A stretch of 63,148 nucleotides of DNA, from contig JAFGKV010000143.1 in NCBI GenBank assembly GCA_016928395.1, positions 1-63,148 on the forward strand, in the 5' to 3' direction. This DNA comes from Candidatus Fermentibacterota bacterium (GTDB taxonomy: Bacteria > JAFGKV01). Every line of letters begins with the position of its first letter. Positions within the stretch are counted from its first letter, which is position 1. The notes beneath the pieces are model-generated. The model saw nothing but the letters and a program-made list of their open reading frames with translations. It was not told where the DNA came from and searched no databases. This document shows positions 46,437 to 56,508 of the stretch, in pieces. Both the position numbers and the translations under genes were made by a program.

Positions 46437-47285
46437 ATGGCCGACTCCAGTCGAATGACCCGCACCATCATCTACTGGGGTGTCGCCCTGTCCATCGTTA
46501 TCCCGCTGCTGCGGCCTATCGGTTTCACCACCGAAGTGTCCTCCCAGGTGCGCGACGTGTACGATTTCATCGAGGCCATGCCAGAGAACAGCCCCGTGAT
46601 CATGAGCTTCGATTATGAGCCGGCCACCCTCGCCGAACTGGATCCCATGGCTGAGGCGATGCTCAAACACCTGTTCCGTAAGAATGCCAGGGTCATGGGC
46701 ATGACCCTGCTTCCGGGCGGCGTGGGCCTGGCGGAAAACCTGCTCCGCCAGGAGGCGGCGGCCGCGAACATGGAGTATGGGCACAACTGGCTCTTTCTCG
46801 GATATGTCCCCGATGGCACGGCGGCCATGCTGCGTATGGGTGAAAACGTAGCCATGGTGTTCCCGACCGATCAGTACGGCACTCCCCTGGACTCATTCCC
46901 CATGATGCGCGGCGTGAAGAACTACCGGCACATCGGGTTGGTTATCTGTTACTCTTCCACGGCGATGCCGCAGCTATGGGCCCAGTACGCCCATGACCGG
47001 TACGGTGCCGCCGTTGCCGTGGGGGCGACCGCGGTGGAAGCCGTGCGGCTGTACCCCTACCACGACTCCGGCCAGATGGTAGGGTTCTTGGGCGGCCTCA
47101 AGGGCGCGGCGGAGTATGAGACTCTCATCGAGTCCCCCGGTGACGGTATCCGGGGCATGGACGCCCAGACGATCTCACACGTGTTCATCGTGGTAATGAT
47201 CATTCTGGGCAATGTGGGCTACGCAGCGTCCACGTGGCGCAGCAAAGGCGCCCCAAGCGGGAGGACCCATGCACCCGTCGCCTGA
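46437..47285 (+). CDS. conserved hypothetical membrane protein (TM - alpha/beta domain - TM)
   Basis: SFDYEP..ELDPMA, YPY..SGQMVG.LGGLKGAAEYE and GMDAQ motifs. Confidence 0.85.
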   Translation: MADSSRMTRTIIYWGVALSIVIPLLRPIGFTTEVSSQVRDVYDFIEAMPENSPVIMSFDYEPATLAELDPMAEAMLKHLFRKNARVMGMTLLPGGVGLAENLLRQEAAAANMEYGHNWLFLGYVPDGTAAMLRMGENVAMVFPTDQYGTPLDSFPMMRGVKNYRHIGLVICYSSTAMPQLWAQYAHDRYGAAVAVGATAVEAVRLYPYHDSGQMVGFLGGLKGAAEYETLIESPGDGIRGMDAQTISHVFIVVMIILGNVGYAASTWRSKGAPSGRTHAPVA

Positions 47286-47895
47286 TCCCGGCATCTGGCT
47301 CGCCGCCATTCTGACCTTGGCGGGGTTCTCGTTTCTATGGAGAGACAATCCGTTCTTCAAGGTCATGGAGCACATGCTGGTCGGCGTGTCGGCGGGGTAC
47401 TACCTCGTTCAGTACGCCTATTCGGCCTTGTACAAGAAGCTGTATGTTCCGCTAGTGGTACAGGGGAACCTCCTGTTTGCCGGGTGCGCGATACTGGGGC
47501 TCATGGTGTTCGCCAGGTTGTTCCCCAAACGCTCGTGGCTCAGCCGCTATCCCGTTGCCTTCTATGTGGCGGCCGGTGCCGGCTACAGCATTCCCTCCAC
47601 CATTCAGGCGCGGGTGGTGAAACAGATGCAGGTCACCATGGTAAACTTCCTGGATCAGGGGTCGGTCATCGCTGTGATCTCCGGATTCCTGCTGTTCCTC
47701 GGCGTGGTGACCGTCCTGTTGTACTTCTTCTTCTCCGCCGAGCACAGGGGAGTGCTAGGCGCTGCATCCAAGATCGGAATTGTAACCTTGATGATCGGAT
47801 TCGGCGCGTCGTTCGGCTACACGGTCATGAGCCGCATCACGCTGCTGATCGGGAGGTTCCAGTTCCTGCTGGGAGACTGGTTGGGATTTCTCTAG
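47269..47895 (+). CDS. conserved hypothetical multi-pass membrane protein
   Basis: SFLWRDNPFFKVMEHMLVGVSAGY, YFFFS.EH.G and MIGFGASFGYTVMSR motifs. Confidence 0.85.
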   Translation: MHPSPDPGIWLAAILTLAGFSFLWRDNPFFKVMEHMLVGVSAGYYLVQYAYSALYKKLYVPLVVQGNLLFAGCAILGLMVFARLFPKRSWLSRYPVAFYVAAGAGYSIPSTIQARVVKQMQVTMVNFLDQGSVIAVISGFLLFLGVVTVLLYFFFSAEHRGVLGAASKIGIVTLMIGFGASFGYTVMSRITLLIGRFQFLLGDWLGFL

Positions 47896-47910
47896 CTTTG
47901 GAGGGGGAAC

Positions 47911-48600
47911 ATGCCTACTCGACTTACGTGGCTTGGCCATTCGGCGTTTCTCGTGGAAATGGGCGCCCATCGGTTGCTCATCGACCCATTCCTGACGGGC
48001 AATCCGCAGGCAAACATGAGCCCCGATGATGTCCAAGTCGATTTTGTTCTGGTGACCCACGGCCACGGGGATCACCTGGGCGACACGGTGGCTATCGCCC
48101 AACGTACGGGGGCGACGGTGATCTCCAACTACGAGATCATTACCTATTTATCGTCCCATCATGGCATTACGAAGGTCAGCCCACAGCACCTCGGCGGCCT
48201 CGTCCACTATCCGTGGGGGTCGCTGAAGCTTACCCCGGCGATGCACGGCTCCAGCCTGCCGGATGGTTCCTACGGCGGCAACCCCGCCGGCCTGCTGCTT
48301 CGGCGAGACGGAGCGACGGTGTACCACGCCGGCGACACCGGGCTGTTCGGCGACATGGCGCTCATCGGCGAGGAGGGCATCGACGTGGCGTTGCTTCCCG
48401 TTGGCGACCGGTTCACCATGGGTCCATCCGATGCGCTTCGCGCGCTTCGCCTCCTTCGACCAAACGTGGTGATTCCCATGCACTACAATACATTCGACGG
48501 GATTGCCCAGGACATCGCGCCCTGGGCGGATGAAGTAACCCGCACCGGTCTTGCGATGCCGGTGCTGCTCTCCCCGGGCCAGAGCTACGCGGTCAACTGA
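47911..48600 (+). CDS. UPF0173 metallo-beta-lactamase-fold hydrolase
   Basis: WLGHSAF, IDPF, THGHGDH, YHAGDT and IPMHYNTF motifs. Confidence 0.92.
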   Translation: MPTRLTWLGHSAFLVEMGAHRLLIDPFLTGNPQANMSPDDVQVDFVLVTHGHGDHLGDTVAIAQRTGATVISNYEIITYLSSHHGITKVSPQHLGGLVHYPWGSLKLTPAMHGSSLPDGSYGGNPAGLLLRRDGATVYHAGDTGLFGDMALIGEEGIDVALLPVGDRFTMGPSDALRALRLLRPNVVIPMHYNTFDGIAQDIAPWADEVTRTGLAMPVLLSPGQSYAVN

Positions 48601-48777
48601 CCACCTGATCTTCGCCCCGGTAACGGCCTCTGTGGGCTGGGGGCCATCGCCCCAGCCTGATCACGGCAAAACCAGGTGCCAGGAGACATGCGGCCCTAAG
48701 GTGTCAAGCGGTTTCGCACGCAGGCTTGCCCGGCGCGCCTGCCCCCGGGAGGCCCGGCCTCGAGGAGAGCCCGCCGC

Positions 48778-51700
48778 ATGAAGCGCGCCCGCGTCGCCCC
48801 GACCGTCCCGGTTGGCCCCGGACGCCTGCCCCGCGTCGGGGAAGTTGTCGGCACCCGCTACCGGATCGCAGCCCATGTCGGCAAGGGCGGGTATGGTGAT
48901 GTGTTCAAGGCGCATGACCTCCGGCTGGATCTGCCCGTGGCGCTCAAGTTTCTGCGGGGCAGCATCGCCCAGGACCAAGCGGCGTGGGAGGCGCGCTTCG
49001 GCCGCGCGGTGGTGCATCCGGTCATTGCACGGATCCATGATTTGGCGTGGGAGCACGGCATGCCCTATCTGGTCATGGAGCTGGTGGAGGGGCCCACGCT
49101 CAGCGCCGATCTGGCAATCCACGGCCCGTGTTCGGTGTTCCAGGCGCTCTATCTTCTTGAAACGATCTGTCCCGCCCTGGAGGCAGCCAGCGACAAGGGT
49201 ATGCTCCACGGCGATCTCAAGCTGGCCAACATAATGGTACGGCCTGACGGCACTCTGGCATTGGTCGACTTCGGCACGGCCTTACTCCTGGCGCGCGAGG
49301 ACATCCCCGCGGCGGGAACGCCCGACTACATGGCGCCCGAGGTCCTGGCAGGCGGGCCACTCACGGCGAGTAGCGAGATCTACTCACTGGGGATTTGTCT
49401 CTACGAGTTGCTCACCGCCAGCCTGCCTCGAGATACCGCTCCCACCGGGAAGCGTTCCTCAAAACGGCCAAGCATTCGGTTGAGCAATGTCCGACCGGAT
49501 GCCGATCCCCGGGTCTGCGACCTCGTTGCGACCATGATCCAACCCGATGTAAGCCTGCGTCCTAAGACCCTTCGCGAGGTACACGACATGGCGCAGACGG
49601 CGATGCGTCAAATCAGGATCGAGGGTGCCCGTTCCTTGCTCGCCGATCTCTGGAGCAAACGCGTAGCCGTAATCGCCCACGATGCGGGCCGCAATCCCGA
49701 CCTCTATCGCGTTCTTCTGGCACAGCGCCCCCACGTGCTTATCCCGGCTGACGACCAGGCATCCTGGGATTTCGTCAGCCGCGCGCACCCCTCAGGCCCC
49801 CATGCTCCGGAGCACACGACTGCCTATGCAACGGTGGCGGAGCTGGAGAGGGCCTTTCAGCAAAGCGGGGCACACAAAATCGTCGTGGTGGGAGTATCGC
49901 CATCCCCAGGCCCGGCCACTACTGCGCTGCTACTCATCGTGCCCGAACGGGATGCGGCGTGGACCACCCTGAGGAATCCCTCACCCACGGCGTGTGCCGT
50001 CCCCCTGACTCTGCAAGATCTCGGGAGTGCGTCGGAGGCCATGGAATCCATGCCGGAGCTGGCCCCGGAACCCGCCCCTGGAGGAGGGCCCTACACGCGC
50101 CGGAGCCGCCGGGCCTATCGATCGCTCTCCAAGGTAACAGGCGCCCTGATAAGGGTAGTGCTCGAGCACCCGGTCACCCTTGTGGACGGCCTGGATGTTT
50201 CCGGCCGCACCTCCCTGGCATTGTGCGCTCTTCTGCCCGTTTTGGCGAACTTGGGCAAGAGAACGGTCTACGTCCCTCGCCTCCTGCCATCATCGAGGAT
50301 CATTGATGCGCTCAGTACAGACTCCTCAGACGACGGCGCCATTGTCGTGGTGGACGACCATCGCCAATGGCCCTTTCCCCCCACGTGGCCGTGGGACCAC
50401 GAGTCGTGGGCAGGGGTGGCACCGGCGCTCTCGGCCTCAGGTGGCCGGCGACTGGTGCTGATTGCCCACACGGCTCATGCCATGGAAGCCGAGACGGCCG
50501 CTCGCCATGCCGGAATAGAGGCCGCACGGCTCACGCTCCCCCAGAACGACCACGATCGAATGCTGGACCTCTTCCAGCGCGCCGGTGCGAGTGACGAGAC
50601 AGCGAGCCGCCTCGCGACGCGTCTGGGCGAAGATGGGTGGCTCCCTTTCGAACTCCAACTGGCGCTACGGTGGGCTCGAACCGGCGAAGGGCTGGAGGGT
50701 TGGAGCCTGGAGGCCGCACGGAAGATGCATGTACACGAGGCCCTGGGGGCCGTCTCGCTGGGATGGCAGGAACCGGCGCGACGCGTCATCGCAGCGCTGG
50801 CAACAGGCCGGGGTCGGACATCGCTGGACGAGGCTGCCACCATTGCCGGCCTTTCGATGGAGGAAATGAGAGGGCTTGGCAGGAAGCTGGTGGCAGTGAA
50901 GCTCCTGAGGGGTGTCTGGCACGGCAAAGACCCGTGGCTTGAGATCCCGCGCGGGTTTGCCACGCCGTTGCTGGAGATGTTCGGGCCCGAATTCATAGAG
51001 GCCCGGGCACTTCGGCAGTCGCTGGAGCTTGAGATCTCTCTGGCCAAGAGTTTCGAAACTCGGATCGAAGGCCCTCGTTTGGCCCTGCTACGGCAGTTGT
51101 CCGATTCGTGCATGCTGGATGAAAGAGAGCGTGCGTTCCTGGAAACGGCGACCGAGCACCTCCGCGAAGAGGAGCGTACGGTGAGAATGGCGGTCGAGGC
51201 GTATGCCCTCTGCTGTCAGCGCCTGGCCGACGCCCGAGCCGCACTGGGGGATCTGCCGGCCACGGTATCGTTATCCACCGAGAACGGCTATGCCCGAGCC
51301 CGCGGTCTTGCTGCGGGCCTGGCCGCCGAGGAGGCTCGCCAGCAAGAGTCCTTCGACGAGGCGACCCTGGGATGCCATCGGCTTCTGGTCAAGGACCCCT
51401 CAAATGCAGAGGCACGGGGATCTTTGACCGATCTGCATTGGCGCGCCATGGCTCAGGCGGAGGAACAGGCACGGTGGAACGCCGCCAGGCATCACCGTGA
51501 CCTCGCCCTCTTGTACGGAGGGAAGCACTTTCGACAGCGGCTGGAGAAAGGCGCCTCCGTACTCATCGATAGCAGCCCCAGGGCCTCGGTGTCGCTCTAC
51601 CGCCTGATCGATCGCGATGGCATACTGGTTGATGAGGGAGAGGGGGTCACCGCCGCCACGCCGTGCATGTTGGAGGGTTTGGAGAGCGGCCCGTGGCGCG

Positions 51701-52560
51701 CCGTGGTGGAAGGACCCGGGCACGTGGCCGCTGCCGTGGCGTTCAATCTCCGGTGCGGTCATGAGGAGCGTATCGTTGCTCACCTGTACCGGCATGCATG
51801 GCTGGGTGACGACATGGTGCATGTTCCAGCCGGCGTCTTCAGGTTCGGGGGGGATCCAAAGGCTCCCGGTGGGGGCTTTGAACGCGACGTCATGGTGGGA
51901 GACTTCTTTCTGGCGAGGTTCCCCATCACGTTCCGTCAGTATTGCCAGTTCCTTGATGCCCAGGCTCTACCGTTGGATGACTGTCTGATCCCCCGGGGGG
52001 AGCAAGGGCAGGAGCTGGTCATGCGTACCTCGGATGGGCGACATCTCCCCGTGCCGGCGCGCCTGCGTGTGGATGGGACCATTCGCTACCGGGGATCGTT
52101 CGAGCTGGAGATACCCGTGGTGGGCGTAAGTTGGGAGGCGGCGTGCCGGTATTGCCGCTGGCTGAGCGCCGAGGAACATCGTTCCTACAGGCTCCCGTCG
52201 GAGGTGGAATGGGAGAAGGCCGCCAGATCAGGTCAAGGCAGGGCCTTTCCGTGGGGCGATGGGTTCAGCCCGGCCCGATGCAAGATGAGAGATTCCCGGC
52301 CCGGCCCCCCTGGCCTCGAACCTGTGGGCGTATTCACGGCCGACCTGTCTGTCTGCGGTATCCGCGATCTCGCCGGAGGCGTTGCCGAGTGGTGTAGCGA
52401 TCTGGAGGCGGGACTCCTGGGCCTCCGGGTGATACGGGGTGGATCGTGGATCGCAGGTGCCGATGGCTGCCGTGCCGCCGCCCGAGGCGCACTTCCCGAG
52501 GAATGGCAAGGCCAGTGGGTGGGATTCCGCGTCTGTTTCGGCGCCGACGACGAGCCATGA
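48778..52560 (+). CDS. Ser/Thr protein kinase with degenerate STAND-like middle and C-terminal FGE-sulfatase domain
   Basis: GKGGYG, HGDLKLAN, DFG, GTPDYMAPE; RLPSEVEWEKAAR, DLAGGVAEW, RGGSW, GFRV. Confidence 0.85.
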   Translation: MKRARVAPTVPVGPGRLPRVGEVVGTRYRIAAHVGKGGYGDVFKAHDLRLDLPVALKFLRGSIAQDQAAWEARFGRAVVHPVIARIHDLAWEHGMPYLVMELVEGPTLSADLAIHGPCSVFQALYLLETICPALEAASDKGMLHGDLKLANIMVRPDGTLALVDFGTALLLAREDIPAAGTPDYMAPEVLAGGPLTASSEIYSLGICLYELLTASLPRDTAPTGKRSSKRPSIRLSNVRPDADPRVCDLVATMIQPDVSLRPKTLREVHDMAQTAMRQIRIEGARSLLADLWSKRVAVIAHDAGRNPDLYRVLLAQRPHVLIPADDQASWDFVSRAHPSGPHAPEHTTAYATVAELERAFQQSGAHKIVVVGVSPSPGPATTALLLIVPERDAAWTTLRNPSPTACAVPLTLQDLGSASEAMESMPELAPEPAPGGGPYTRRSRRAYRSLSKVTGALIRVVLEHPVTLVDGLDVSGRTSLALCALLPVLANLGKRTVYVPRLLPSSRIIDALSTDSSDDGAIVVVDDHRQWPFPPTWPWDHESWAGVAPALSASGGRRLVLIAHTAHAMEAETAARHAGIEAARLTLPQNDHDRMLDLFQRAGASDETASRLATRLGEDGWLPFELQLALRWARTGEGLEGWSLEAARKMHVHEALGAVSLGWQEPARRVIAALATGRGRTSLDEAATIAGLSMEEMRGLGRKLVAVKLLRGVWHGKDPWLEIPRGFATPLLEMFGPEFIEARALRQSLELEISLAKSFETRIEGPRLALLRQLSDSCMLDERERAFLETATEHLREEERTVRMAVEAYALCCQRLADARAALGDLPATVSLSTENGYARARGLAAGLAAEEARQQESFDEATLGCHRLLVKDPSNAEARGSLTDLHWRAMAQAEEQARWNAARHHRDLALLYGGKHFRQRLEKGASVLIDSSPRASVSLYRLIDRDGILVDEGEGVTAATPCMLEGLESGPWRAVVEGPGHVAAAVAFNLRCGHEERIVAHLYRHAWLGDDMVHVPAGVFRFGGDPKAPGGGFERDVMVGDFFLARFPITFRQYCQFLDAQALPLDDCLIPRGEQGQELVMRTSDGRHLPVPARLRVDGTIRYRGSFELEIPVVGVSWEAACRYCRWLSAEEHRSYRLPSEVEWEKAARSGQGRAFPWGDGFSPARCKMRDSRPGPPGLEPVGVFTADLSVCGIRDLAGGVAEWCSDLEAGLLGLRVIRGGSWIAGADGCRAAARGALPEEWQGQWVGFRVCFGADDEP

Positions 52561-52564
52561 TGCC

Positions 52565-53548
52565 ATGGCGACGGCGTGCGGCGACTCCGGGCATGCGAGT
52601 GTGACCGAGACACCCCCTCGAGGGGCGCGGCGGCCCCCAAGCATTCTGGTGGTCATACCCTCGCACAACGGAGGCGAACTCACCGTGTCATGCCTTGAGC
52701 GCCTCCTGCCCCAGCTTCGCGAGGGAGATCGGGTAGTGGTGGTGGACAATGGATCATGGGATGGCTCGGCCCAGACAATCAGGAAGCGCTTCGACGGTGA
52801 GGTGCCTGTTATCCGGCATCGAAGACCTTTGGGGTTCGGCCCGGCCTGCAACCTGGGCGCCACCGGAACCCGGGCAGACCTGATCCTGTTCCTGAACCAG
52901 GATCTTCTCCTCTCACCGGACGGATTGGCCACTCTTCGGGAAAGCGCCGACCTCCGCCCCGGCGCCATCATTGGCGCCCTCCTCTTTGGTCCAGAAGGCA
53001 TGCAGGTGCAGCACGCCGGGGGCATCATTCTGCCCAATGCCTTGACCGAGCATCCTCATCGCGGAGTGGCGGCGGGAGAGCTCCCCCGCATGGGATTTGT
53101 CACGTGCGACTATGTCACCGGGGCGCTGTTCATGGTGCGCGCCGACATCTTCCGCGCTCTCGGAGGCTTTGACGAGCGGTTCAGGCCCGCCTACTATGAG
53201 GAGACTGATTTCTGTGTCAGGGCCCGCGCCCGTGGCATCCCGTCGCTGGTCGCCCTACGGGTCACCGCCCGACACTTTGAGGCAGTGGTGATGGGCAGGG
53301 ATAGCCCCAGATATCATCGTGCCTACCATAGAAACAGGTTACGATTCGTCATGAAGCACTACACCCGGCACGCCATTCGGACAGCCTTCGTTCCCGCTGA
53401 ACGCCGCTGGCGGCACTCAGCATTGTCCGCGTCAGCGCGTCGGGCTGTCTTCCACGCCTACGCGGCAACGCTGCTCGAATCTCCACGGTGGGTCTTCGAG
53501 CGGCGAAGGAGGCCGCCATCATTCGCTCCCCAGGAGGTTGCGCCGTGA
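52565..53548 (+). CDS. glycosyltransferase family 2
   Basis: VVDNGSWDG, GFGPACN, FLNQD and GGFDERF.PAYYEETD motifs. Confidence 0.9.
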   Translation: MATACGDSGHASVTETPPRGARRPPSILVVIPSHNGGELTVSCLERLLPQLREGDRVVVVDNGSWDGSAQTIRKRFDGEVPVIRHRRPLGFGPACNLGATGTRADLILFLNQDLLLSPDGLATLRESADLRPGAIIGALLFGPEGMQVQHAGGIILPNALTEHPHRGVAAGELPRMGFVTCDYVTGALFMVRADIFRALGGFDERFRPAYYEETDFCVRARARGIPSLVALRVTARHFEAVVMGRDSPRYHRAYHRNRLRFVMKHYTRHAIRTAFVPAERRWRHSALSASARRAVFHAYAATLLESPRWVFERRRRPPSFAPQEVAP

Positions 53549-55398
53549 ACGTTACCGTGCTCGGAATGGGACCCCTGCCAGGGCAGGAGTCAGACAAGAC
53601 CCACGCGCCAGGCATCCGCACGGCGCAGTTCGTGCGAGGGCTCATTGCCGGGGGACACGACGTGTCTCTGGCGGTCCGCACCCACACGGAAGCGGGCATC
53701 GCCGCCGATGCTGCCGCTCCTTCGGATCTGCCCGTCGCGAACTACCAGTCGTTCTCCGATGAGGAGTTCATGACCGGCGATACGCTTCGCCGCGTGATCG
53801 GGCAATGGGCTCCGCGGGCGTTGGTGGCTGTCACCTTCCTGCCGTCCTTCCGCGCCGCCAAGATTGCGGGTGATTTCCCCGTGTGGATGGACCTCTTTGG
53901 AGAGCCTTTGGCCGAGGGCCAGGCCAAGGCCGCCCTGCTGGGCGACGATGAGGTCATCCAGCCGTACTACGACATGCTTATGCCGATCCTGCAGCGGGGC
54001 GACCGTTTCTCTGCGGTGAGCAGGGCGCAGGCCAATGCCCTGGAGGGCCAGCTTGCCTTGGCGGGCCGCATGAGCCGGCGGACAGCATACTACCGCACGG
54101 TGCACACGATTCCGTGCGCGCTCGATCCGACCGTATCGCGCGCCTCAACGAACCCGTTGCGCGGCACCTTGGTGCCGGAGGATGCATTTGTGGTTCTTTG
54201 GTCGGGCGGATTCAATACCTGGTGCGACGTGGACACCCTGTACTTGGGCATCGAGAAGGCCATGAGTCACAATGACAAGATTCACTTCGTGTCCACCGGC
54301 GGCGCCCTGGGTGAGCAAGACTCGTCAACCTACGCCCATTTCGCCAATCTCGTTGACCGCTCCACCTGTAAAGCCCGGTATCATCTTGAGGGATGGATTC
54401 CCTACTCGCGCTTGGGAGACTACTACGGGTTGGCCGACGTGGCAGTGAACTCAGACAGGAGTCTCCTGGAGGTGCGCCTGGGCACAAAGACGCGGTTCAT
54501 GGAGTGGATTGCCTGCCACATTCCCATCATCACCTCACGGCTCTCGGAATTGAGCAGGGACCTGGAGCGCACCAAGGGAGCGTTGGGATTTGCGCCCGGC
54601 GACGGCGAGGCGCTGGCGACCCATCTCTTGTGGGCCGCCGCCAACCCTGAGGGGCTCACGACCATCAGTTCGCGGGCGCACCAGTTCGCGACCTCACGAC
54701 TCACCGCGGAGTCGACCGTGCATTCAACATCGCAATGGGCCCGTAGACCCCGCCGTGCACCGGACTGGCGGGGAGGCTTGGGGCTCATGCAGGCCGGCGA
54801 ACTCAGGATGCGGCGCGAACTGGAGTTGACCCAGAACCACGTGCGCAACCTCGATGAGACCATCGCGCATCTCAAGGAAGCCGTCGAAGGAGCGCGACAC
54901 GAGACAGACCTCGCCCGGCAGGAGACCGAGGAGGTTCGCGGCCAGGTGACGAAGGCCGAGGAGAAATCGGTGCAGTTCGAGGGCGAGATATCCAAGCTCA
55001 TTGCCGACCGCGACCACTGGAAGGAGAACTCGGCCAAGCTTCAGGAGAGGCTGACAACCCAGGATCAGGATTTCACCCGGCTTCGTGACGGCCTTGATCA
55101 GCAGATTCAGCAACAGCGGGAGTTGCTGGATGAAGTGGCCAAGCAGCTCCGGTACTGGGAAGGAATCGTTCGCAAGCGGGACAGCCGCATCAGCGAGTTG
55201 GAGACCAAGGCTGCTGAGGTGCAGCGGGAGCATCTGGAGATGCAGGGCCAGATCACAACGCTGCGGCGGGAAATCGAGCGGCTGACAGCCGGCCTCGCGG
55301 ACCGAGAGCAACAGGTGGCCGAACTCAGCGCCTGGGGCGAGCGAGTCCGCGGCACCCTGCCCTACAAGATGTACAAGTTCGTGAAGAGGGGTTCATGA
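53545..55398 (+). CDS. GT4-like glycosyltransferase with long C-terminal coiled coil
   Basis: WSGGFNTWCD, GWIPY and TRFMEW; about 180 aa heptad-rich tail. Confidence 0.8.
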   Translation: MNVTVLGMGPLPGQESDKTHAPGIRTAQFVRGLIAGGHDVSLAVRTHTEAGIAADAAAPSDLPVANYQSFSDEEFMTGDTLRRVIGQWAPRALVAVTFLPSFRAAKIAGDFPVWMDLFGEPLAEGQAKAALLGDDEVIQPYYDMLMPILQRGDRFSAVSRAQANALEGQLALAGRMSRRTAYYRTVHTIPCALDPTVSRASTNPLRGTLVPEDAFVVLWSGGFNTWCDVDTLYLGIEKAMSHNDKIHFVSTGGALGEQDSSTYAHFANLVDRSTCKARYHLEGWIPYSRLGDYYGLADVAVNSDRSLLEVRLGTKTRFMEWIACHIPIITSRLSELSRDLERTKGALGFAPGDGEALATHLLWAAANPEGLTTISSRAHQFATSRLTAESTVHSTSQWARRPRRAPDWRGGLGLMQAGELRMRRELELTQNHVRNLDETIAHLKEAVEGARHETDLARQETEEVRGQVTKAEEKSVQFEGEISKLIADRDHWKENSAKLQERLTTQDQDFTRLRDGLDQQIQQQRELLDEVAKQLRYWEGIVRKRDSRISELETKAAEVQREHLEMQGQITTLRREIERLTAGLADREQQVAELSAWGERVRGTLPYKMYKFVKRGS

Positions 55399-56504
55399 GC
55401 GATTCCTCCGTGGGAGTCGTCACGGTCTCCTACAATGGGCTGGACCACCTTCGCCACTTCGTCTCCGCGCTGGAGGCAACGTCCGCCACCGATCCCGTAG
55501 ACCGGCTGCTGGTCGTAAACAATGCGTCCACTGATGGCACCGGGGAGTGGCTGGATACCCGTGGCATCGAGACCATCACTCTGGGCGAAAACAACGGTTT
55601 CGCCAAGCCAAACAACCTCGGCATTCGCCATCTGGCCGATTGCAACTTCGTGGCGATTCTCAACAATGACACCGCGGTTGAGGAGGGGTGGCTGGCGCCC
55701 TTGCTGGAGGTTCTCCAGCGAGAGCCTTCCGCAGTCATGACGGGTGCCGTACTCACCGACTGGAGCGGCGAGCGGCTGGACTTCGGCGGCGGCGTGGTAT
55801 CATACACTGGTCACGCCCATCATCTCTCCGAACAGGAGATCCCTCCCCGCACGCAGCCTGCGCGCCGCGCGCTCTTTGCCTGCGGCGGCGCGGCGTTGGT
55901 CAGGCGCGAGACCTTCCTGTCGCTGGGGGGCTTCGACGAGGACTTCTTCGCGTACTTCGAGGACGTAGACTTCGGGTGGCGGGCCTGGCTCGCAGGATAT
56001 GAGGTGTGGATCGCCTACGGGTCGCGGGTTCGCCACCGGCACCAGGGCACGGCGTCCCGGCTTCCGTTTCCTCCGCGTATGCGGCTCTACGAGCGCAATG
56101 CCCTGGCCACCGTGCTCAAGAACTACGGCGACGACACCGTGTGGCAGGCCTGTGCCGGGGCGCTGCTGTCCCTGTTCGCCCGCTCGGTTGCCTATTCACC
56201 GCTGGACGTCGGCGATTTCGCCGTGGGCGGATCGCTGCCTCCCCAGGCGCCTCCCGAGCCGGAATCGGTGATCTCCGGCTCCTCCGCAGCACAGCTGCTT
56301 GCCGTTGAGGATATCGCCCACGGCTGGGATCTGTGGATGGGGAAACGGGCCTCGGTGCAGGCATTGCGCCGCCGACCCGACCGGGACATCTTACCCCTGT
56401 TCGGGGACTTCGCCGTCCCTCCCCTCTTGGACAACCCGGCATACGAGGCGGCGCATCGGGCCGTGATTCAAGCCTTGGGCATTGACGAGATGTGCAGGGA
56501 GTGA
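55395..56504 (+). CDS. glycosyltransferase family 2
   Basis: NNASTDGT, NNGFA, LNND and GGFDEDFFAYFEDVD motifs. Confidence 0.9.
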   Translation: MSDSSVGVVTVSYNGLDHLRHFVSALEATSATDPVDRLLVVNNASTDGTGEWLDTRGIETITLGENNGFAKPNNLGIRHLADCNFVAILNNDTAVEEGWLAPLLEVLQREPSAVMTGAVLTDWSGERLDFGGGVVSYTGHAHHLSEQEIPPRTQPARRALFACGGAALVRRETFLSLGGFDEDFFAYFEDVDFGWRAWLAGYEVWIAYGSRVRHRHQGTASRLPFPPRMRLYERNALATVLKNYGDDTVWQACAGALLSLFARSVAYSPLDVGDFAVGGSLPPQAPPEPESVISGSSAAQLLAVEDIAHGWDLWMGKRASVQALRRRPDRDILPLFGDFAVPPLLDNPAYEAAHRAVIQALGIDEMCRE

Positions 56505-56508
56505 GGCC

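Noticed and set aside
52380-52560. FGE-sulfatase C-terminus as a diversity-generating retroelement variable repeat
   Set aside because: No template repeat differing at adenines and no reverse transcriptase is visible in the window
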